NCBI GenBank assembly: GCA_018303505.1
Contig: JAGVYA010000040.1
Coordinates: forward strand, 6,809-70,808
DNA from: Candidatus Woesearchaeota archaeon
GTDB lineage: Archaea; Nanobdellota; Nanobdellia; Woesearchaeales; GW2011-AR4
DNA: 64,000 nt
Reading direction: 5' to 3'
The position numbers and the translations under genes are program-made. Positions 48,321-59,147 of this stretch are shown here, one piece after another. The notes under the pieces were generated by a model. The model worked only from the letters and a program-made list of their open reading frames with translations. It had not been told where the DNA came from and did no database searches. Numbering within the stretch: position 1 is the first letter of the stretch; every line of letters starts with the position of its first letter.

Positions 48321-50531
48321 TTATTTAACTTGTATTATTCCGGAATATCCCAAGCCTTCAACTTTGTATTTGTTAGTTGTTGAATTGAGAGTACATTTGT
48401 AGAATCTTTTTGTGCTCCTGCCATTGCATCTAATTTTAAATTCCATTCTTTTATTGCATTTACTGCTTATGTTGCTTATTGACGGAATATTGTCATCTTT
48501 AATACAAAGTTTGTTTAGCGAAACATTAATCTTATCAACATACAAAGTTTTTCTCGTTCCTTCTGGCATTCTCAAGCCTCTGACAAAAAATGAGCCTTTT
48601 TGATTTGGCAATTGCTTATCAATTGTCAAATTTGTTAAATTCAACACATTCTTGGAAAAATTAAAATCAAATTCGATTATTGTCAAGTTTGCATCAAAAA
48701 ATCTAACTCTAAAACTTTCATTAAAAAACCTTGATAAATCACTTGAATTTCCAATAAATATTGTAAGATTAATTGTTGATGTATTTACAGATTTTTCATT
48801 GCCGATTAGCTTATCAATAATGTCATTAATTCCATCGTTATCTATATCATTTTCCGAAGCATTAAGAATGGTTATTTTGAAGACAAGAGAGTCACTAAGA
48901 AATCCGTCTGAAACAATGGCTTCTAAAACATATTCGCCACTGTCATTTGTTGTTGTATTCCATTGAAAAACATTAAAGCTATTTGAAAATTTTGAAAAGT
49001 TAATTGAAAAAGACAGTTCATCTTCATTTGGATCAGAGGCTGAAAGGTTTATTATTATCTTAGCTGTCTCGTTTATTGTAATATTATTAATTGGCTCTAA
49101 AGTTGGCTTTTTATTTAATTTTATTATAAGCCTTTCAGCATTATTGCTTTCGTTTAGCTCTTCTACAAAATCGTTTAAGTCAGCAATGGCTGTTATTTCA
49201 AAGTCAGAGAAATTAGTAAAATTAAATTTGTGGACTATTTGTGAGTTGACATTCAATAAATTGGATTTGTTTGTTTTTGTGAATGTGTTATTATCAAAAA
49301 TTTCTGCAAAAACATTGAATGCGTGCTTATTTCCTGTGTTTTTTATAATGACTTCAATTGATACATTGTTAATTCCATAATGATATTCGCCAGAAGCTGA
49401 AATATTAACAATCAAATCAGGCAAATTTGGCTTGTTAAAATCATTAAAATTATAGTTTCCAGTTATATAAGCATTATTTATTAAGTCCACTAAATTTCCA
49501 TTTTCAAAAAGTTTGGTATATTTCACAATAAAAGGCCCATTGAGCTTTTTGCCATATATCTTTGAGCCATTAATTAAAATTGAAAGGTTATTATCTCCAA
49601 ATGCTAAGAAAAAGGTTGTATTTTTTATCTCAACAATATTGTCGAATAAATCGTACAATCCTAGCAATATATTGTAATGATTGTCATTAAATATTTTGGC
49701 ATTTGCATTAATCTGAAGCAAATTGAACTCGTCGTCATTGTCTGTATCAATTCCTGTGTCTGAGAATTCGGATAAATAAGCTGTTTCGGCAAAATCCCTG
49801 AAATCGTAGAATGAAATCACTGCATTTATTTTGATTACCTTTTTGCCAATTTTTACAGAAGAAATATTAAAATTTCCAATATAGTGCGTTCTTTTTATTG
49901 TTTCATTGTCAAAATTAAATATTAAGTCTTGAATTGAATTTGTTATTGTTTTGTTTTCCTTAATAGAAATTATTGAATTGTTATAAGCTAAAAACAATAT
50001 TGTTTCAAAAGTTCCATTAATATACGAGTTTATAGTTACATTTACTTTTAACATTTTATCAACCTTTGAATCCTTGATGCTTAATATTTCAAATCCTTTT
50101 TCATAATTTGTGTATTCTTGTGTCAAGATATTGTCTTTTCTATATTTTAGACTGAAGCTCGAATTGTAAATTTTTACTGAGTAATTGAACTGATTTTGTG
50201 ATAAAAGTATGGTATTGAGCATTATATTCAATTTATTTATTCCGGCATTTAAAGTAACATTTGTTTCATTTGTTAAGATTCCATTTTTATCTAACAGATT
50301 AATTACAAAAATAAAAATGTCATCTGCATTGTTTGTTGTCAACTCAAAAACTAAAGTGTCGTTAATGCCATTGCTGTTTTTGTCAATCATGAAGTCTTTG
50401 AACTCAGTCACATTCATTTGCGGCGATGTTGCTGAGAAAGAGTATCTTGCTATTAAATCTTTAATCGAGAGGGAGTAAGCTACTGGAATTAGAAATAAAA
50501 CAACTAAAAATATTACCACCCCTTTGCTCAT
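48321..50531 (-). CDS. Large Asn-rich secreted or cell-surface protein (736 aa)
   Basis: Signal peptide, many N-x-S/T sequons and repeated beta-rich segments. Confidence 0.5.
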   Translation of the reverse strand: MSKGVVIFLVVLFLIPVAYSLSIKDLIARYSFSATSPQMNVTEFKDFMIDKNSNGINDTLVFELTTNNADDIFIFVINLLDKNGILTNETNVTLNAGINKLNIMLNTILLSQNQFNYSVKIYNSSFSLKYRKDNILTQEYTNYEKGFEILSIKDSKVDKMLKVNVTINSYINGTFETILFLAYNNSIISIKENKTITNSIQDLIFNFDNETIKRTHYIGNFNISSVKIGKKVIKINAVISFYDFRDFAETAYLSEFSDTGIDTDNDDEFNLLQINANAKIFNDNHYNILLGLYDLFDNIVEIKNTTFFLAFGDNNLSILINGSKIYGKKLNGPFIVKYTKLFENGNLVDLINNAYITGNYNFNDFNKPNLPDLIVNISASGEYHYGINNVSIEVIIKNTGNKHAFNVFAEIFDNNTFTKTNKSNLLNVNSQIVHKFNFTNFSDFEITAIADLNDFVEELNESNNAERLIIKLNKKPTLEPINNITINETAKIIINLSASDPNEDELSFSINFSKFSNSFNVFQWNTTTNDSGEYVLEAIVSDGFLSDSLVFKITILNASENDIDNDGINDIIDKLIGNEKSVNTSTINLTIFIGNSSDLSRFFNESFRVRFFDANLTIIEFDFNFSKNVLNLTNLTIDKQLPNQKGSFFVRGLRMPEGTRKTLYVDKINVSLNKLCIKDDNIPSISNISSKCNKRMEFKIRCNGRSTKRFYKCTLNSTTNKYKVEGLGYSGIIQVK

Positions 50532-50642
50532 TTTTAGGGCGAAATAACACGATTTTAAAAAGGTTTCTTTATGACATGTTAGCTAAACGAAATTTTTATA
50601 AAAGCATGGCAATTCTCACATAGATTTTATATTATTAATTGG

Positions 50643-51998
50643 GTGTACTTCATGAAAAAAGAGTTTTATATAAGTGCGATTTTATTTGTCTTTTGCTTTG
50701 CATTAATTTCTGTCGTATATGCTGATTCTTCAGGTCCAAATAACCCTGCTGCAGCAATTGATGACGCCAGCATTGGCACAGAAGTTTGGAATGACCCAGA
50801 AAATGTAACATCCTCTGACGATTTAAAAGCAGCTGTAAGGGTCGATGATTTTGAAATTTCACATTATATCAAAGCAACTGATTTTGGATTTTCAATTCCA
50901 TCTGATGCGATAATTAAAGGTGTTATTGTTGAGATAGAAAGAAGAGTAAGCTCAAATACGTCAGGCAGCATTGTCAAGGATGCTTCTGTGAAATTAGTAA
51001 AAGAAGGTGTTATTTCTGGCGAAGATAGAGCAACTGGTACAAGTTATACGAATGTGGATATTGTTAAAACTCATGGCTCTGCAAGCGATTTGTGGGGATT
51101 GAATTTAAGTTTTGCTGACATGAATGACGAGGGCTTTGGAGCAGCTGTTGCTGTTACAAAAGCAAATGATGCTGGCGGCTCGCGAGAAGCAAGAATTGAT
51201 AATATAAGGATTACAGTTCATTTTAGTATTCCAGAAGAAGCCAATGCAACAATAACTTTGCTCAAGCAAGTTGTAAATGACAATGATGGAACTGCTGAAG
51301 CCGATGATTTCGAATTGGAGATTGATGGCATTGATGTAGAGCAAGGTGTTCCGATTGAGATTAGTGCCAATGAAAGTCATTTTATCGATGAAGAGAATGT
51401 TGAGGGTTATGTGTTTGCAAATATTACAGGAGATGAAAAGTGCCCAGATAGCTTAGGCGAAAATTTTACTTTAGACGAAGGCGAGAATATAACTTGCATA
51501 ATAACAAATGATGATGCTATTGTGGAAAGTGATCTAAGGGAAATCAAAATGAATATTCTTGGTGATTTAATAGAACTGCGGAATAATGCAAGTGCAGAGC
51601 ATGACCAAAGAAGATTGGGCATGGCAATTAGAAGCTTAAACAAGTCGCTTCAACCCGAATTCTGGATTGATTCCTTGCATTTAAGCGAGCATGGCGAAGA
51701 GGCATTCAAAAAAGAAAGGAAGGCTGTCAAGGAGCTGCAAAACACGATGAAGTCAAAGAAAAGCTTATTGTCTGATGCTCAATTGGAGGATTTCATTAAC
51801 AGGATTCTGGATGTTGATCGCAATCTGGCTTTGATTGCCATTGAGGATGCTGAAGAAGCTGAAGGAGAAGAGAAGTTCATAAAAAAGGCAAATTACCAAA
51901 TTGAGCTGGGAGATGAAGCAGAGTCAGAAGGCAGATTCAGGGGAGCGGTTAATCATTATCTGCAGGCATGGGAGTTTGCTGTGAAGGCGGTGGAGTGA
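50643..51998 (+). CDS. Secreted hypothetical protein (451 aa)
   Basis: ORF with a signal peptide MKKEFYISAILFVFCFALISVVYA and an acidic C-terminal helical region. Confidence 0.45.
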   Translation: MYFMKKEFYISAILFVFCFALISVVYADSSGPNNPAAAIDDASIGTEVWNDPENVTSSDDLKAAVRVDDFEISHYIKATDFGFSIPSDAIIKGVIVEIERRVSSNTSGSIVKDASVKLVKEGVISGEDRATGTSYTNVDIVKTHGSASDLWGLNLSFADMNDEGFGAAVAVTKANDAGGSREARIDNIRITVHFSIPEEANATITLLKQVVNDNDGTAEADDFELEIDGIDVEQGVPIEISANESHFIDEENVEGYVFANITGDEKCPDSLGENFTLDEGENITCIITNDDAIVESDLREIKMNILGDLIELRNNASAEHDQRRLGMAIRSLNKSLQPEFWIDSLHLSEHGEEAFKKERKAVKELQNTMKSKKSLLSDAQLEDFINRILDVDRNLALIAIEDAEEAEGEEKFIKKANYQIELGDEAESEGRFRGAVNHYLQAWEFAVKAVE

Positions 51999-52021
51999 AT
52001 GATATAAGTTGATTTTTAATT

Positions 52022-52160
52022 TATACTCACCCACAAAAATTATTGGGTATTGTTATGGGTTCGTAATATGTCGGAAATTTTTATTATTCATTAATTTTGC
52101 AAAAATTTCCGAGCATGCTCAAAAATTCCATCATGTATTCGTAAATTGGAATTTTTGACA
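52022..52160. repeat. Copy B of the conserved intergenic element, upstream of polB, followed by the odd palindrome TTGACAGTCAA
   Basis: See copy A at 10703-10823. Exact 20-mer and 22-mer matches, plus covarying hairpins. Confidence 0.7.
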
Positions 52161-52362
52161 GTCAACAACAAAAATACATTAAACCTAATTACTTTGTTGG
52201 TTGACTATATTGATTTGCTTAAGGAAAATAATGTTTACTTGAATATTGAGAAGGAGGATGTCGAGCAGGCGCTTGATACAGCTAGAAAAGTAATTTGAAT
52301 TCACATTGATTTTTCTTCAACTTACCAACACTTTTATATACCAAAAAAGCTTCTCGTGCATT

Positions 52363-54822
52363 ATGGCTGAGAAAATAGAGTTTTTTCCTTTGGATGCAAC
52401 TTATAAAATAGATAATGGAAAGGCAGTCATATATTTATACGGAAGAACATCTGATGGCAGGCAGATTTCCATTCTTGACAGCAACTTTGAGCCTTATTTT
52501 TATGTCATTCCAAAAGACGGCATTGACATAAGCGAAAAGCTTGAAAAAATAAGAATAGAGAATGTTAATGATGTTTCTTTTGTAGCAAAAACAGAAACTG
52601 TAATTAAAAAATTTCTCGGAAAGGAGGTTTTTGCAATAAAGGTTTATACTAACCTGCCGAGCAGCGTACCTGTCATCAAGGATGTAATAAAAGAATGGGA
52701 AGCTATTGAGTCAGTGCATGAGTATGACATTCCCTTTGTCAGGAGGTATTTGATAGATAAAAACATAACGCCATTAATCCTGCATCAAGCAATTGGCGAA
52801 TTTGCAAACCAGAAATCAAGGGTTGCTGTTTTTAAAGCAGACAATATAGAGCAGGTTAGCAGCGATACATTGCATAATCCAAAAGTTTTGGCATTTGACA
52901 TCGAAACATACAGTCCCTTTGACCTTGCCATTGATGCTGAGAAAAATCCAATAATAATGCTTTCTTTCTATGGGGAGAATTTCAAAAAGGCTTTTGTATG
53001 GAAAAGATTCAAAACTGATATTGATTACATAGAATTTGTTGACAGCGAGTCAGAATTAATCGAGAAATTCAAGGAAGTCATTGAAAGCTACAAGCCTGAT
53101 ATCTTAACAGGCTACTTCTCTGATGGATTTGATTTGCCATATATAAAAACAAGGGCTGACAAGTACAAGATTAAGCTTGACATCGGCTTGGACTATTCTG
53201 AATTAAAAGTTAAAAGTACTCGCGAAACGACAGTTACGATAAATGGCATAACTCATCTTGACATATTCAAATTCATAAAAAAAGTGATAGGCGGAGTCCT
53301 GGAGACATATTCTTATGACTTAAATGCCGTAGCTTCTGAACTGCTTGGTGAGAAAAAACACGATGTTTCACTGGCAGATCTTACAAATACGTGGGACAAT
53401 AATCACGAAAATCTTGAAAAGTTTTGCGAATATAACCTGCACGACTCGCTCCTGACTTACAATCTGGCAGTAAAAATGCTTCCCACTATAATAGAGATGG
53501 TTAAAATAGTGGGCATACCTATTTACGATGTTAACAGGATGGGATTCTCGCAGCTTGTTGAATGGTACATAATGAAGCAGGCCCCTCAATTTAATGAAAT
53601 TGCCCCTAACAAGCCAAGTTATGATGAAGTGCAGCAGCGCAGGCTCAACACATACAAGGGTGCTTTTGTTTATGAGCCCAAGCCTGGCTTCTATAAGGAT
53701 ATTGTTGTTTTCGACTTCAGGAGCCTGTATCCAACAATTCTAAGCTCGCATAACATAGGAACTGATACAATTAATTGCGCTTGTTGTGAAGACATAGCAA
53801 AAGCCACACCCGGAGATGAAAGTGAGAAGCATTGGTTTTGCGCCAAAAGAAAGGGATTTATCCCTACATTAATAGAAGACTTGATTTCAAGAAGAATAAG
53901 GATAAAAGAAATAATAAAGCAGGAGAATGATGAAAAGTTTGCATTTCTTGATGCTCGTCAAAATAGCTTGAAATTACTGGCAAACTCATTTTATGGCTAC
54001 TTGGGTTTTTTTGGAGCAAGATGGTATTCTATCGGATGCGCAAGAAGCATAACTGCATGGGGCAGGTTTTACATTCATAAAGTAATTGACAAGGCACAAA
54101 AAGAAGGATTTTTTGTCTTATATAGTGATACAGATAGCGTTTTCTTGACACTTGACGGAAAATCAGAAAATGAAGCCAAAATATTTGCAGAGTCAATTAA
54201 TTCGGAACTGCCCGGGATTATGGAGCTTGAATACGAGGGATTTTATCCAAGCGGAATTTTTGTATCTGCAAAATTAAGCCCATTTGGAGCAAAGAAAAAA
54301 TATGCCTTGATGTCCCAGCAAGGTACTTTAAAGATTAAAGGTTTTGAAACAGTAAGACGCAACTGGTCCTTGATTGCCAAAGATGTGCAGGAAAAAGTTT
54401 TGGAAATAATACTGAGGGAGAATGACACAAAAAAAGCGCTTGAGTATGCCAAGAACGTAATCAGTGATTTAAGAAACAAGAAAATACCGATTGAAATGGT
54501 TGTGATTCGTACACAATTGCAAAAAGATATTTTGGATTACGCTGCCAAAGGCCCTCATGTTGCAGTAGCCCAAAAGCTAAAGAACAAAGGCAGGTCTATC
54601 GGGCCTGGCTCAATAATAAAATATGTTGTAACTCAAGGAAACGATATGATAAGGAATCGCTCCAAGCTGCCTGAAGATGTCAAGGAAGGGGAATACGATG
54701 CGGATTACTACATCAACAACCAGGTAATTCCATCTGTTGAGAGAATTTTTAATGTTTTAGGATATAAAAAAGAAGACTTGCTTGAGCAAAAAGAGCAGAC
54801 AAAACTGGAAGGGTTTTTTTAA
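52363..54822 (+). CDS. polB: Family-B DNA polymerase (PolB)
   Basis: Exonuclease motifs (FDIETY), polymerase motif A (DFRSLYPTI), motif B (KLLANSFYGYLG) and motif C (YSDTDSVF). The ATG at 52363 lies 22 nt downstream of the TATA-like TTTTATATA. An alternative upstream TTG/ATG at 52306 is possible. Confidence 0.85.
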   Translation: MAEKIEFFPLDATYKIDNGKAVIYLYGRTSDGRQISILDSNFEPYFYVIPKDGIDISEKLEKIRIENVNDVSFVAKTETVIKKFLGKEVFAIKVYTNLPSSVPVIKDVIKEWEAIESVHEYDIPFVRRYLIDKNITPLILHQAIGEFANQKSRVAVFKADNIEQVSSDTLHNPKVLAFDIETYSPFDLAIDAEKNPIIMLSFYGENFKKAFVWKRFKTDIDYIEFVDSESELIEKFKEVIESYKPDILTGYFSDGFDLPYIKTRADKYKIKLDIGLDYSELKVKSTRETTVTINGITHLDIFKFIKKVIGGVLETYSYDLNAVASELLGEKKHDVSLADLTNTWDNNHENLEKFCEYNLHDSLLTYNLAVKMLPTIIEMVKIVGIPIYDVNRMGFSQLVEWYIMKQAPQFNEIAPNKPSYDEVQQRRLNTYKGAFVYEPKPGFYKDIVVFDFRSLYPTILSSHNIGTDTINCACCEDIAKATPGDESEKHWFCAKRKGFIPTLIEDLISRRIRIKEIIKQENDEKFAFLDARQNSLKLLANSFYGYLGFFGARWYSIGCARSITAWGRFYIHKVIDKAQKEGFFVLYSDTDSVFLTLDGKSENEAKIFAESINSELPGIMELEYEGFYPSGIFVSAKLSPFGAKKKYALMSQQGTLKIKGFETVRRNWSLIAKDVQEKVLEIILRENDTKKALEYAKNVISDLRNKKIPIEMVVIRTQLQKDILDYAAKGPHVAVAQKLKNKGRSIGPGSIIKYVVTQGNDMIRNRSKLPEDVKEGEYDADYYINNQVIPSVERIFNVLGYKKEDLLEQKEQTKLEGFF

Positions 54823-54885
54823 ATAAGTGCTATTGCATGTTTAAAATAGAAGAGTTTAAAAAACTTATAATAATACTCTATAAAA

Positions 54886-55170
54886 ATGTACGAATTAATA
54901 CCAAGGGAAGTAAGGCAGCAATATGGTGGAAGAGCAGAAAGAGTACCTAAACAATTAAATTCTACAGATGCGCCTATAGACCTAAATGTATTACCCTATA
55001 ACGTAAAAGAGTTATTATTTAGGGACATGAGCTTAGGAGATAGGCTAGTAACAGAAGAAATAGCTAAAAATGTAAAAAGACGATCTATGGATTTAAGTAA
55101 ATTAGCCGAGCAGGAATTTATAGAAATGTTAAGAAGATTGCCGCCACAGCAATCGGTGGATATTTTCTAA
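54886..55170 (+). CDS. Hypothetical protein (94 aa), GC-richer
   Basis: ORF only. Confidence 0.3.
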   Translation: MYELIPREVRQQYGGRAERVPKQLNSTDAPIDLNVLPYNVKELLFRDMSLGDRLVTEEIAKNVKRRSMDLSKLAEQEFIEMLRRLPPQQSVDIF

Positions 55171-55272
55171 ACAGTGTATATTTAAAAAATCAACAAATAT
55201 ATATCATAATTCTATAATAGCTAAATTTCCATACTAAAAATTTAAATAATAAACTGAAATTCAATAATTAAA

Positions 55273-58200
55273 ATGCTCCAAAACTACGAACCAACTAAGC
55301 AAGAGCCAGAAATACTTGAATTTTGGAAAAAGCATAATATTTATGAGAAGGCCAAGGAAAAGAATAAAGGCAAAAAAAAGTTCTATTTCTTAGATGGGCC
55401 GCCGTATACCTCTGGAAAGGTTCACCTCGGCACAGCGTGGAACAAAGCGCTAAAAGATTCTGTATTAAGGTACAAAAGAATGCAGGGCTTTGATGTTTGG
55501 GACAGGGCTGGCTATGACATGCATGGAATGCCGACAGAGCAGGCTGTTGAAAAGAATCTTGGCTTGAAGCACAAAGATGAGATTCCAGTTTATGGAGTTG
55601 CAAATTTTGTAAATGCATGCAGGGAATTTGCAATAACCAACATGCTTTCAATGAATGAAGATTTCAAAAGGATAGGTACATGGATGGATTTTGACAATGC
55701 TTACCAATCCATACAGAATACTTTTATGGAAGGCGAGTGGTGGCTTATAAAAAAAGCATATGAAAATGATAGATTATATGAAGGGGAGAAAACAATGCAC
55801 TGGTGCGCGTCATGCGCAACATCATTGGCAAAGCATGAGCTTGAGTATGAAAACATAAGCGATGATTCTATTTTCGTAAAATTTCCAGTCAAAAACAAGC
55901 AGGATGAATTCTTAATCATATGGACAACAACTCCATGGACAATCCCATTCAACTTAGGAGTCATGGCTAATCCTAACTTTGATTATGTAAGGGCAAAAGT
56001 TGGCGATGAGATATGGATTGTTGCAAAAGCATTGGCATCAAGCTTGATAAGCGGAGTTGCTGAAAAGCAATTTTCAATTCTGGAAGAGTTTAAAGGTGAC
56101 AAGCTAGTTGGGCTAGAGTATGTGCATCCATTTGAAAATGAAACTCCTCAATTTAGGGACTTAAAGCAAAAACACCCAAAAGTTCATACTGTTGTTTTGA
56201 GCGAAGAATATGTTGACACAAGCGCAGGCTCTGGATTGGTGCATATGGCTCCCGGCTGTGGACCAGAGGACTATGAAGTTGGGCATAGAAATAATGTTCC
56301 TCCATTCAATACCTTAACAGAAAGGGGGGTTTTTGATGAAACAAGCAGTATTTTCAAGGGTTTGACTGCAAAAAAAGATGACAAGTGGATAACGGAGGAA
56401 ATAAAGAAAAAAGGGCTTCTCGTTGCAGAAACAAAAATAGAGCATGACTATGCGCATTGCTGGCGCTGCAAGAATCCTGTCATTTACAGGACAACAACAC
56501 AATGGTTCTTCAAAATTGAAGACTTGAAAGACAAGATGAGGGAATTAAACAAAAGCATAAAATGGATTCCTGATTTTGCAGGCTCCAGGAATTTTGACAA
56601 TTGGCTTGCTAATTTGAGGGACAATGGAATCACAAGGCAAAGATACTGGGGCACCCCATTGCCTGTTTGGAAATGCAATCAATGCAATGATTTTGTAGTT
56701 GTTGGCTCTGTTGAGGAACTAAAGAATCTTGCAGGCAGAATTCCAGATGATTTGCACAAGCCATGGATCGATGAAGTCAAAATAAAATGCAAATGCGGCG
56801 GCATCAAAGAAAGAACTCCTGACATTTTGGATGTGTGGATAGATGCCGGCTCTGCATCATGGAACTGCCTGGATTTTCCAAAAAGAAAAGACCTGTTTGA
56901 AAAGCTTTATCCCGCTGATTTCATTTTAGAAGGCATAGACCAAATCAGAGGCTGGTTTAATCTTTTGTTTGTTGCTTCAATGGTTGCCATGGATAATGTG
57001 TCATTCAGGGCAGTTTATATGCATGGCTTCATTAATGATGCCCAGGGAAGAAAGATGAGCAAATCTCTTGGCAATTACATTCTGCCGCAAGAAGTTGTGA
57101 TGGATTACGGCGCTGACACATTGAGGTATTACATGATTGGAGGCACAGCTCCAGGAGTTGACATCAACTATAACTTTGATGATATGAAGGTCAAGCATAA
57201 AAATTTGATGGTGCTCTGGAACTTGCATAAATATTTAATAGACATGGCCAAAAATCTTAAAGCAAATCCTATTGATTTAAAGCTGGAAAAAAGCAAGCTT
57301 GACATCGAAGAGCTCTATATATTGTCCAAGCTTAATTCAGCAATAAGCAATGTAACTGAATTATTCGATGACTACAAGCTAAATGAAATTCCCTGGCAAG
57401 TTGAAGAATTGTTTTTAGAGTTAAGCAGGACTTACATCCAATCAACAAGAGAAAAGGCATCAATGGGAAGCGAGGAAGATAAAAAGATTGTTTTATACGC
57501 TGTTTATAATGTTTTATTGGAATCATTAAAATTGTTTGCGCCGATTGCGCCCTTTATAGCAGAAATGATACACCAGAACTTGAGGCATGAATTCAAGCTA
57601 AAAGAAGCCAGCATTCATTTGTCTGACTGGCCAAAATATAATGAGGATTTAATTGATAAAAACTTAGAAGAGTCAATGCAAATTGTAAGTGAAGTCATAC
57701 AGGGCGCTCTTGCTGTAAGGGAAAAAATGCATCTTGGTGTCAGGTGGCCTGTAAAGGAAATTGTTATAGCTGTAAAGGATAAGAATATAGCGAGCGCTGT
57801 TGAAAAACTAAGGGAAGTAATAAAAAAGCAAGTAAATGCAAAAGAGGTAAAAATTATTGAGTCAATGCCAAATGTCAAGGTAAAGATAAAGGCTGATTAC
57901 TCAAAAATAGGGCCCAAGTTTGGCGATAAAGCTCCTAAGATAATCGCCAAGCTTACAATTGACAGCCCTGAAACTGTATTGAAGCACATACAGGAAAATG
58001 GAAAGTATTCTTTTAATGCTGATGGAGAAACTATGGACATTGTAAAAGAGGATTTATTTGTTACAAGAGATGTCCCTATGCCTTATGAAGAAGGCATTTT
58101 CAAGCAGGGTCTAATTTATCTAAACAAGGAAATGACAGATGAATTGGAATCAGAAGGCTTTGCAAGGGAGATAATGAGAAGAGTACAGGCTTTAAGGAAA

Positions 58201-58416
58201 AAAGCTGGATTGCAGAAATCCGACAATATATCCTTATTTATTAAGACTGATGAAGAGTTAAAAGAGATGCTTAAGGTATGGAATTTGGTGATTAAAGAGA
58301 AAGTTGGTGCTTCGCAATTCAGGATTTCAGAGCTTGAGCCGAGCAAAAAGCATGCTTTTGTAAGCAATGAAAAGGTAAAAGGCAAGGAATTTGAAATACA
58401 TTTGGAGAAGGTATAG
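55273..58416 (+). CDS. ileS: Isoleucyl-tRNA synthetase
   Basis: HIGH-type motif (PYTSGKVHLGTAWN), KMSKS motif, editing domain and zinc-binding motifs. Length is 1047 aa. Confidence 0.9.
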   Translation: MLQNYEPTKQEPEILEFWKKHNIYEKAKEKNKGKKKFYFLDGPPYTSGKVHLGTAWNKALKDSVLRYKRMQGFDVWDRAGYDMHGMPTEQAVEKNLGLKHKDEIPVYGVANFVNACREFAITNMLSMNEDFKRIGTWMDFDNAYQSIQNTFMEGEWWLIKKAYENDRLYEGEKTMHWCASCATSLAKHELEYENISDDSIFVKFPVKNKQDEFLIIWTTTPWTIPFNLGVMANPNFDYVRAKVGDEIWIVAKALASSLISGVAEKQFSILEEFKGDKLVGLEYVHPFENETPQFRDLKQKHPKVHTVVLSEEYVDTSAGSGLVHMAPGCGPEDYEVGHRNNVPPFNTLTERGVFDETSSIFKGLTAKKDDKWITEEIKKKGLLVAETKIEHDYAHCWRCKNPVIYRTTTQWFFKIEDLKDKMRELNKSIKWIPDFAGSRNFDNWLANLRDNGITRQRYWGTPLPVWKCNQCNDFVVVGSVEELKNLAGRIPDDLHKPWIDEVKIKCKCGGIKERTPDILDVWIDAGSASWNCLDFPKRKDLFEKLYPADFILEGIDQIRGWFNLLFVASMVAMDNVSFRAVYMHGFINDAQGRKMSKSLGNYILPQEVVMDYGADTLRYYMIGGTAPGVDINYNFDDMKVKHKNLMVLWNLHKYLIDMAKNLKANPIDLKLEKSKLDIEELYILSKLNSAISNVTELFDDYKLNEIPWQVEELFLELSRTYIQSTREKASMGSEEDKKIVLYAVYNVLLESLKLFAPIAPFIAEMIHQNLRHEFKLKEASIHLSDWPKYNEDLIDKNLEESMQIVSEVIQGALAVREKMHLGVRWPVKEIVIAVKDKNIASAVEKLREVIKKQVNAKEVKIIESMPNVKVKIKADYSKIGPKFGDKAPKIIAKLTIDSPETVLKHIQENGKYSFNADGETMDIVKEDLFVTRDVPMPYEEGIFKQGLIYLNKEMTDELESEGFAREIMRRVQALRKKAGLQKSDNISLFIKTDEELKEMLKVWNLVIKEKVGASQFRISELEPSKKHAFVSNEKVKGKEFEIHLEKV

Positions 58417-58420
58417 AAAA

Positions 58421-58819
58421 CTAATAACTTTCAACCTTAATTCCTTTTATTCTTTGGAAATGTTCTTTATCTCGAGTTATAATTTTATTGCAATTGTTGG
58501 ACAACATTGCCCCTGCAATTAAGCAGTCATGAGTTTCTATTTCTACGCCTTTTTTAACCAAATCGCTAGCTATTTGTGATGCTCTAACTGAAGAATCATA
58601 ATCAAGATTTAATATATTCAAATTACTTATAAATTTCATTAAACCTTCTAATTCGTTGTCATAACTTGCTTGCTTTTTTCTTAGTACACCAAATAATATT
58701 TCAAATATGTTCACAGTTGTTGTTGCAAGTTGCTCATTCTTTACTTTATCGCAAGCTTCAATAGCTTCTGGTTTATTCTTAAGAAAATCGATAACAAGTG
58801 TGCTGTCCAAGCAAATCAC
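58421..58819 (-). CDS. vapC: PIN-domain toxin VapC
   Basis: Motifs ICLDSTLVIDFL, HDCLIAGA and ITRDKEHF. It overlaps the upstream gene by 4 nt. Confidence 0.6.
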   Translation of the reverse strand: MICLDSTLVIDFLKNKPEAIEACDKVKNEQLATTTVNIFEILFGVLRKKQASYDNELEGLMKFISNLNILNLDYDSSVRASQIASDLVKKGVEIETHDCLIAGAMLSNNCNKIITRDKEHFQRIKGIKVESY

Positions 58820-59058
58820 AAACCCTCAATCCTCCTGAGCAAGGACTTATAAGAATTTTTTCTGAGTTGTCTTATGGACTTTTTCATCTCTTCAACTTCC
58901 TTATCATTTAAATGAGCCCATAAACCTGCGCATTCCATTATATTACCTTTTTTAGGCACAAGTCTTCTAAGTTCTTCGGAGAAGCTTTCATTAGGCTTCT
59001 TATTTCTAACTAAAATTTCATGTACATCATCCATTATAGATATTGTTTTTGTTCCCAT
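58816..59058 (-). CDS. vapB: VapB-type antitoxin (ribbon-helix-helix-like)
   Basis: The N-terminus TKTISIMDDVHEIL is typical of archaeal RHH antitoxins. Confidence 0.5.
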   Translation of the reverse strand: MGTKTISIMDDVHEILVRNKKPNESFSEELRRLVPKKGNIMECAGLWAHLNDKEVEEMKKSIRQLRKNSYKSLLRRIEGL

Positions 59059-59147
59059 CTGTGTATGTGTATGTGTACATATATTTAAAACTTTCGATTT
59101 TGTAGATCTTTACAGAAAACTATTTATACAACCAAACTCTAAAGCTA

